DNA from: Bigelowiella natans CCMP2755
Taxonomy: Eukaryota; Protista; Cercozoa
Length of the DNA: 44,362 bases
Assembly: GCA_000320545.1 (NCBI GenBank)
Contig: ADNK01000233.1
Span: 1-44,362, forward strand
Reading direction: 5' to 3'
The position numbers and the translations under genes were made by a program. The first letter of the stretch is position 1, and every line of letters starts with the position of its first letter. The notes below the pieces were generated by a model, which saw only the letters and a program-made list of their open reading frames with translations, did no database searches and was not told the DNA's origin. Shown here piece by piece: positions 35,598 through 44,362 of this stretch.

Positions 35598-37223
35598 TCA
35601 TGGTTTCTTGGCAAAGAATCCTGTTATCTTGCTTTGCTTCCCGATTTTATCCCCAGTCATATTTTGCAGTTGGCCTCTACCATCAATTCCACTTGCATTA
35701 CTAGTCTGATCATTTGTTACGGCGGTGGCTGCTGTTTCCGTCTCCGAGACCACGATTTTAGCCTCAGCCATCTTTTGCGGCTGGCCACCCCCATCAATTC
35801 CACTTGCACTACTAGGCTGATCAGTCGTTGTGGCGATGGTTGTTTTCTCCTTCGAGACCGACTTTCCATCCTCTAACTTTGTTTGCGCCTTTTGGTGACC
35901 TCCTCCCTCAGTGGCCATGTCTTTTTCCTCTCCTGTTTTCTTTTCAGGTTCTGGAGCCTGCAGTAATTGTCGGTTTTTTTCACAAGCGGATATGGTCCGC
36001 ACACGAGCACCAGGCGTCACTATCTAGTCCTAATGTTCCTCTCGCCAAGTCGCACAATCGTACTGTGATACATCGCAGCTGCTGGTGTGTGTCATGCGGT
36101 GGGAATTAACAACACTTACCACTGAAACGGGCTTGGTCTTGTCCAGGAAATACTGAGAATTGTGTGTGCTCTTGTGTATACGCGCACATGCGTTCGTAGA
36201 TAGGCACGCGTACATACGACGTGAGTATTCACTTCAAACGTGATTCCATTGCACGACTCAAACAAGGCGGGCATTATGGCGCAGAAAAGGAAACGGCACG
36301 CGTACGGAATCGACGAATAGAATGCAAGAATTGGCAGGGGAAAGGCTGATTTCTTATCCTCACTTCTACTCTCTCGAATATTGCTCCTCAGCACTAGGGG
36401 CTGGTTGTCGTCATTATTCTGGGAGATGATGTGTATTATCGCCACCCCCAACCTGTGCCAGCTCGTCACGCTCGTCGGCAGACCGCACCACGGGGATCCA
36501 ATAGTTTGCCTACCACCAAACACATTAGGAGGGAGGGGGACGAATGAAATCCACAATCCAGCAGCATCATCGCCATAGTCATCATCCCCATCATCATCAC
36601 CACCATCATTTATAATGTACGGTCCATTCGACGTTTGCAGCTGCCTCAGCATTTTATTCCGTCATAACGACAATTACGACGACGGCGACAACAACAACAA
36701 CAACAACGACGACGACGGCGACAACAACAACAACGACAACAACAACAACAACAACAACAACGACGACGACGACTACAACTACTACTAATAGTACCAAGCT
36801 GCGCCCACATGCCCTTAGGTAGCCGGTATGTCTCTCCGAGATCATGTGGGCCAATAATGGCTGGTTGTGGTGGTTAGGGACGATGATGATGGCGATATAC
36901 ACGATTTATCATGATGGTGATGATGATGATAAAAGTTAATGGTAAGCAAGTTTTTTAGAATACGTTGATGTCTCATACATTTCCACATCAATCACGACGA
37001 CTTCTGATCTTCTTCCTCGTCGTCTTTTCGAGTGTATTCCTTCTTGTTGTACCTACCTTTTTGTAGTGTTCGAGATTCATTTCCCCAAGGCACTTGAGGA
37101 TTCGTGTTATCCGCAGCCTAGAATAGGAGCAAAGGAAGGAGAAAGGGCGGGAGGAGATACGATTTGTGGCTATTGTGCTTTATTCAGTAATACATTTTAT
37201 AATATTACTCAATTTCCTAGTAT

Positions 37224-37259
<36 letters not shown>

Positions 37260-37450
37260 TCAAATACACAATATACTTTTACACACACACACATACACGC
37301 GAATATTTATTTAGATTTGGAAGTATCGATTTAAATACCAGTTGTGAGATCTTTCCTCAAGGTTACAATAGCTGAGGAGGTGGTGAAGGAAGAGGCAAGT
37401 GAGGCGGGGGGGGGGGAGGAGAAGCGAGGTAATAAGGCGTAAATGAACCA

Positions 37451-37493
<43 letters not shown>

Positions 37494-37740
37494 TATATTG
37501 TGTATTTGAGTATATTCATCTTCCCCATCATCAATTAGCGGAAAAATCGGCACTAATCCTCTCCTATTCTTCATCGTTTCAAACCATTCTTTCCAACTTT
37601 CGTTCTTTTTACGCCGAACTAATCCGGTTGTCCTTTTTTGAAAAGGGGGGGGGGGGGGGAGATTCGTAACGCATCGGCCATGAAAAGACAAAAAGATTTG
37701 TTTATACACTCAAGAATACACACACACGCACACCCACCCC

Positions 37741-37783
<43 letters not shown>

Positions 37784-38939
37784 CCATACATACTTAATTA
37801 CTATGTGCGCGTGCATATGTGAATATGTGTGTACATTTACTACATTTATTGCATGCATACACTATGGCTCTCCCCTCCCCGAATACGTAAAGAAAATATC
37901 TGATCTGGATGGCCTTACTCGCAGGCGAGCTCCATGCCGTAGAAGTCCAGCATCAACCGATACGATTTTATCAATCGCTAAGGGTTCAGAATGATGGGAG
38001 AGCAGATAAGAGATGGACACAAAATTACTTTCGAACGAAAAGGAGTTTGCGTTAATAATTCCATTCTCAATATGAACATAGAAAAGGACGGCAGCTGGGA
38101 GGGTACCTTGGTTAATTTGGGGTCTTCTGCAATGGCTTTAGCCTCGAACAGTTGCAGTTCCTGTACCGAACGTGACGTCAGTCATCAATGTGTTTGTACT
38201 GCACAAATACAGTGTTTATCTATCTGTTCTCCTCAAGTGCGCGTCCCTCCCTCCAAAAGGAGGAGGCGAGGCAGCTGCTCTGTCTTCATTAAGAGAGTGT
38301 TATGGCCGGCCACCACCTGGCTGTAGGAATTCATTCCTTTTTCGCGAATAGGAAAGAGCCACTGAATATAGCCCTAAAACAGAGGGTAATAGAGGTGTCG
38401 GCTCTTAGTAAATCGAGGTCAAGCATTTCTCGACGTTAGCCGCTTTCTCACGTGGTGCCCCTCAAGAAGCTCGTAATGTCCAAACCAGTCCTTGTGAATT
38501 TCGTCAATGTAATCGCCTGGACAAGTTATGCACGGGGAATCAATTTGTTACATATATACATGTATATGTTTATAGATAGCAATGCACCCTGCGGATAACT
38601 CTGGATCTCATTCTTGTAGAAACGAAGGTTCAGATTTGCCTGTTTTGAAAAATATGATCGATAAATTCCATTGCATTTTTCTCCAAAAGCGCTTTGAAGA
38701 GACCGCTAGATCGTCCTTCTTCCCAGGGTATCCAGAAAGGTATCTCGCCTGCGTGCGGCATTCAAATTCATTGATCGGCGCAACCATCGGTAAAGGAACA
38801 CGAAGAAAAGAAAGCTCTATTTCCATCTTCCTCCATATCCGCACGCACGATTTCAACACAAGCGTCAGCAGCTATGCACAGGCGGTGTGTCGGAAGCCAT
38901 TGTGATGGGATTTACCACGTCCTTCGCCGCCCAGCTCAT
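35598..38939 (-). CDS. Opioid growth factor receptor (OGFr) conserved-domain protein with C-terminal PIP-box-like motif, many small exons
   Basis: Spliced: 'MSWAAKDV|ARYLSGYPGKKDD', 'NLRFYKNEI', 'DYIDEIHKDWFGHYELLEGHH|YIQWLFPIREKGMN', 'RLIKSYRLMLDFYGMEL' and 'YCNLEERSHNW|LRITRILKCLGEMNLEHYKK', all OGFr_N hallmarks. Last exon ends 'KQSKITGFFAKKP*'. Confidence 0.88.
35650..35830 (-). repeat. Coding internal duplication in last exon of the OGFr-like gene
   Basis: 'TTDQPSSASGIDGGGQPQKM' vs 'TNDQTSNASGIDGRGQLQNM'; DNA core CCATCAATTCCACTTGCA occurs twice. Confidence 0.8.
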
Positions 38940-39229
38940 GTTGAGGCAACAGTTAGACGCCAGCGGCCAATGGAGTCTTGCTGTCCACTCTCGTCACCGG
39001 GAAAGATGCTGGCCGATTGAATAGTCGCTTTTTATTTGGATATTATCCGGTTATCCTTGTCGCGATAGGCGAAACCCTTGGACGTTTCTTGCGAAACTTT
39101 GACATCAATAAACGCGAAATAATTATAGGAATGCGACAACCGTAAAAATTGAAATCAGAGCATAAATGCCCTGCTTTTTACTGCCCTACTTCTCTGACGA
39201 ACATTTCTCCTCTTTCCCTGGCCGGAGAA
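38940..39229. promoter_or_regulatory. Short divergent (probably bidirectional) promoter region
   Basis: About 290 bp between inferred head-to-head start codons. Similar head-to-head gaps lie at 3085-3589, 13532-14114, 24495-25271 and 27682-28114. Confidence 0.45.
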
Positions 39230-40212
39230 ATGGGGGCTGCCTGCAGCTCTGATCGCGACGAGGGCTCAGGTTGGTGCTAGAGAGTCGTGGGATGGCTAAG
39301 GGAGGATCAGGGGCTGGGGTCAGGAATACGGCGGTCTGAAGAGGGTTGGCTTTGTAGGAGGAGTTAATGGCGAGAGGGGTAAATGCGTGGCAGCCTCTTT
39401 GTAACACGTTGCTGTTGTCCTGATTAGGTGACGATGAAGACCTGCAAGGTCTAATTGAGGCAATCAAAGACAATGACATTAGGGTGGGCTAACAATGTCA
39501 TGTACGCGCACTGCTCCAATCTCCTGCAACGGAGCGGCACTCACAATGAGTGCGAACAAAGAATATCGTTGTTTTGGCATCCTCTGACTCAGCTCTATCC
39601 CCTCCCTAACTGCGACATAACTTTTACTATATACGGACAGAGAGCTCGGACAACTGCGAGAAGTATCGCGCGAAAAACACGCGGGCTTCGTGTGCCGACT
39701 ACCTTCAATCACCTTCTCACCCAGGCCGGCGTCACACGCCTTGCTCCAGACTTAAAAGCTAATGTAATAACGGCTGTGCGAAACACCGCTTAAGCATAGG
39801 CGGAAGCAGAAAGGTGGTCTATTTATTAAAGTTTGTAACCGAAATTAGGACATCGAGACGCTGCGACAAGTAAAGCTAATGCGGAGGTGAAGTTCGACAT
39901 CTAACGTGGAATAGTTCTTACCAAATCACATACTTTGATGTAGTAGAATGCCTAATGTATAGTTCCCTCGCACAGGTAGACATATACGCATGAATGAGAA
40001 GTCAACCGAAGGGATAACAATTATAATAATAATAACAATAATAATAATTATAGTAGAGAGAAATGATCAACTTGTCATCATCAGGGAGGAGTGGGAGCAT
40101 CTACTCAGCAATAGCTCCAAGCCCGCACTTGTTCGAAAGCTCAGAGCTTATGTAATAACAAGCAATGTTAATATCAATGGATGATTAGCACTCTTCATTA
40201 TCATCATAGGGC

Positions 40213-40250
<38 letters not shown>

Positions 40251-40699
40251 ATGGTGATTATGTATATGTCCCGAAGCGTGACTTGTTAATCCCTCATACT
40301 ATTAATACTACTTCTCCTCCCATCCTCGCTTGTTGTCTTGAATACGCCACCTCCTCCAGGTCCAGCGAGTGAATTGCTTTCGGAGTCTGGACATGGCCCT
40401 GATACGAGCAACCAAAGACGAGCGCAATGCTATCGTCTCGATGCTGCTCAAGAATGGGGCCTCCCTCGAATATGGCGACGAGGTAGAAGTAGCTGCAGCA
40501 GCTGCTGCTGCAGGAGCATAATGCTACGATGAGAATGGATATCTACAGTTCTGGAAATGCCACGATCTCCCCATATTGCACATGCATATGAATGCATTCC
40601 CCATCGAATGCCAGCAGCTGTAGCAATGGTGTAGTAGTACCTACTAGTAGTGCTTTTAGTAGTAGTAGAAGTCGTAGAAGTAGCGGTTGACACAAGAGG

Positions 40700-40769
<70 letters not shown>

Positions 40770-41175
40770 TCCCAACTTTTGGTCCTCCTGCGACAACTAC
40801 GCAGCACGAGAAGACCGCATTGATGTGGGCAAGCATGCAAGGCAGCGTGGAGACAGCAAAGATTCTGCTCGAGGCGAAGGCTAATCCGGATGCATGTGAT
40901 TCGGTGTCTTTGATTCTCCAATCTAGCCCTCTTTCCCCCTTCCCCCTTCCCCCCTCCCCCTTAACACGCTTCTCTGTGTGTGTATAGTGTCATTACGTCA
41001 GCAACATGTATAGATTCGTATCTTCGTGATGATCCGGCCGTTCGGAGATGAAGGGGCATGACTTTGACGCATTATTTGTATATCATCAGAGTGGTCGCAC
41101 GGCGCTCAGTCTTGCCATCGATCTCAACCAACTCGGGATCAAGAATCTCCTCAACCCGCCCCCCCCCCCACAGGT

Positions 41176-41212
<37 letters not shown>

Positions 41213-42254
41213 TGTGGAATACGATGCTGGCTGCTGCGTGGCGATAGTAGTGGGTACACAAATACCCCGGACGATGATCAAGCTCACGAGGGAGATGAGA
41301 TGAGAGAAAGGAGGAGGAGGAGGAGTAGCGGGGGGTGGGAATTCGCTTCTGCTCAACCATCAGTTTTTATGCGACTTCTATGCACAGCGATGATTCTTAC
41401 TTCCTGGCGTTTAGTTGCTCTTCTTCTTTAAACCCACGCTTTCAGGTAGCTGAGGGGGATGATGAAAGCAAGCAGGGAGTTCCCCCCAAGGCCAAGAAGC
41501 GGAGCACGAGCAACGACAATGCCGATACCAACGGTGTCACCATGATGGGAGGGAAGGATGACATCAAGCACAAGGGCAAGAACTACAGCAATGGCAGCCA
41601 TGAAATCAAGGAAGAGGATGATGACGATGATGACGACATAATGAAAAACCTAAACAAGGAGCTGCGTGCTGATGGAGGCGAGGTCAACGCCTACGAGGAG
41701 GAGAGGAAGCAGATGAAACTGAAAAGAAAGCAATTGAAGAAGAAGAAGAAGAAGAAGAAAAGGAAGGAGGATCTGCAGAAGGAAAAGGCTCCCATAGATG
41801 TGCCAGCACTACTCACGAAAGCAGGTAGCGATAACAACAACAATCAATAACGACGGCGACAACTACTTAAGCGACATTCTCCTGAACGAAATGCCGAGAG
41901 GAAATCCCCAGATATCCATTTCCCCGCTACGGAGATGGACCCCAAATAAACAAGCATTAGTCTTATTACAAGAGAAGGGCAACAAGACCCTTTCATATAT
42001 ATATATATTACATATTAATCGCATGTTCTGATACTGCTGCTTTTGCTGCTGCTATGCGTTGCTATCACGATCATCATCCCACCATTACAATTATCATTGT
42101 CATTATCGTCATTATCGTCATGATCTCATGGCTGATACTACTGCCCCCTCCCTCCCCCCCAATGCAAGGACTTGCCCTTGACTTACGTGACAAGATCATG
42201 GAAGAAGGTCCTCTTGAAACAGAAACAACACTCGTAGCCAACACCTCACAGTAA
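39230..42254 (+). CDS. Ankyrin-repeat protein with putative N-myristoylation/palmitoylation N-terminus and Lys-rich tail
   Basis: Exons 'ALIRATKDERNAIVSMLLKNGASLEYGDE' (~40360-40481), 'HEKTALMWASMQGSVETAKILLEAKANPDACDS' (~40805-40903) and 'SGRTALSLAIDLNQLGIKNLL' (~41090). Probable start MGAACSS at 39230; 5' exons tentative. Confidence 0.75.
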
Positions 42255-42503
42255 ATAGTAGATAGGGAAATATCACTAGCATTTCATCCACGTTACCGGA
42301 GAGAGGATTCTTTGTACTGTGCATACGGTCCGGTGGGGGGAAAGGTCGAGTCCCTTGAATCTTACTACCGCGACTGAAAAAAGGTTACGACGAAATCGAT
42401 TGGTACATGACTGCGAATGAGCGCGACTGGGCGAGGATGATGAGAGATACGGGAATTACAGAGCGAGTCAAGGTGTTATTTTACAATTTTGTGTATGATA
42501 TAT

Positions 42504-42542
<39 letters not shown>

Positions 42543-43621
42543 CGTGTGTGAGTACCCATCCCATGTGCCTCAGCCATACCTATTGCCATAGAACCGCATT
42601 GAATGTGGTTGACACGTCGCTCACCCAGCTACATCCACATTCCCCCATCACTGCTGTCTCCACGCCATGCCCATTAGGAAAGGATTATAAGCTGCACGAA
42701 GCAGTAACGAGATTGACGTGATGACGACGGACTTAGAATTTGGAAACGGCACACGCCCGCACGCACACAGACTGTCTATATCTGCAGTAGTATATTAGCA
42801 TGATGGACATCTACGTACACATGTCTAGCATGTAGTGCATTTAATTGAATTACCTAGTTGCGTTGGGAGCTGCTTAGCAACTGCGCAGGAATGTTTGCTT
42901 TAAGTATTTGCCTTACACTTGCCTGCGCAGCGGCTGAATATGAATAATGTTAGCGGCTTGCGTATTTGTTATTTGGACGACCAGCTAGTGTAGCTACATG
43001 ACGTATTCGATCGTTTCTTCCTGTGTACGAACAGTAGCGACTGCTGCAGGTGGCCTGCTAGCCTGCTATGCAGCTGCAGTCATGCATGCTACGTATACTG
43101 CTGCTTGTTCACAACACGCACACGCACAACGTAACTGACACGCCAAGTATGCATCACATTCAGACTGTCAATTGACTACTAGATCAATGATGCATGATGC
43201 TCAGCGGCGCCTATGCGACCGCACCAACTATTTGCTGATGGGCAGGCACTGTTATTGCGCATTGGTGATAAGCGGCACATGACTGACTCTCATGGCTAAG
43301 TGCGATGACTGGCGGTGTGGTGCAATATAAAGAGTACCACACTTCCTCTTGTTTAAGTTACATTGAGTCGGTCTAGGAATGAACGACAAGCATGCGTGAT
43401 CTTTCAGCATATCTAAGGATGCCAATGTACACTGCCCATATGCGTAATGGGAGGCCTGGTCGGGTGAGCATTGACCATTAAATATGCCGAAAAAGTATTT
43501 CCGTGTTTACCTTCCCGTTGATAGCCCGGTTTATGAGTAAACACTTCACATGAGCATGCTTGAAATCATCATCACTATCACGATGTCGATGTAATACTTG
43601 TCTCTGCAAATATACGTGTAT

Positions 43622-43622
43622 T

Positions 43623-43705
<83 letters not shown>

Positions 43706-43760
43706 GTACGTACGTACGTACGTACGTACGTACGTACGTACGTACGTACGCGCGCGCGCG

Positions 43761-43811
<51 letters not shown>

Positions 43812-43902
43812 CACACACACACACACACACACACACTCTCTCTCTGTGTGTGTGCGCGCGCGCGCGCGCGCGCGCGCGCGCGCGCGCGCGCGCGCGAGAT
43901 AG

Positions 43903-43963
<61 letters not shown>

Positions 43964-43990
43964 GACAGAGACATATATATATATATATAT
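43622..43990. repeat. Compound microsatellite (TA)n-(TACG)n-(CG)n-(GA)n-(CA)n-(TC)n-(TG)n-(CG)n-(GA)n-(TA)n
   Basis: Directly visible run of juxtaposed simple repeats. Confidence 0.95.
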
Positions 43991-44172
43991 AGACATAAAC
44001 ATATATACAGAGAAATACACACACATACAGAGAGCCACACACACACTTTTTTTTCCTTTACGGGTCACTCACTCCCCCCCCCCCCCCCCCCACCACCCGC
44101 CCCCCCCCCCCCCCCCCATACAAAAACCTCACAACATATATACTGTCCCAGTTATAAAACACCCCCCCCCCC

Positions 44173-44224
<52 letters not shown>

Positions 44225-44362
44225 GGTTTGTAGCGATACGATTTCGACCACTACGATCAGTACTTTGGATGTGACGTTTCTGCTCGGGGGAAGGTCCTGT
44301 TGATGGTGTTGGATGAGGGAGTGTTAGTAGTAGTCTCGAAATGGCCTCAAAAACAGCATTTG

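Noticed and set aside
5409-38939. Apparent cluster of DNA-metabolism genes (APTX, HMG, ORC4, OGFr-PIP)
   Set aside because: They are interspersed with unrelated genes; chance proximity in a compact genome is sufficient.
43546-44180. 150-200 aa ORFs of YI/RA/RE/HT repeats
   Set aside because: They are translations of microsatellites.
43380-44362. Possible exon fragments of a further gene at the window end
   Set aside because: Short open frames occur on both strands with no recognisable motif, so strand and frame cannot be determined.

Overview
This is gene-dense, intron-rich eukaryotic (protist-like) nuclear DNA. Many introns are packed with microsatellites, so most ORFs in the supplied track are artefacts. 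Splicing by eye at GT-AG sites gives about 12 genes, in order: TSR1-like (-, partial), an intronless TM/coiled-coil/Cys-rich protein (+), a large aprataxin with FHA + permuted Macro + HIT + Zn finger (-), a GT23/FUT8-like fucosyltransferase (+), an unknown multi-exon gene (-), an HMG-box protein (-), a FABP/lipocalin (+), a small TM protein with a leader peptide (-), a divergent GH32 (+), ORC4 with a long N-terminal disordered region (-), an OGFr-domain protein with a C-terminal PIP box (-), and an ankyrin protein with an acylation motif (+). The strongest unexplained signal is non-coding. Three intergenic islands (about 16.2-16.8, 21.7-23.4 and 34.8-35.4 kb) have lost almost all TpA except inside CTAG, while TG/CA are abundant and CpG is retained. 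This looks like a context-specific, 'reverse-RIP' TA->TG/CA hypermutation process. Exon boundaries and counts were read by eye and are approximate. A chlorarachniophyte-like alga is only a guess for the source.
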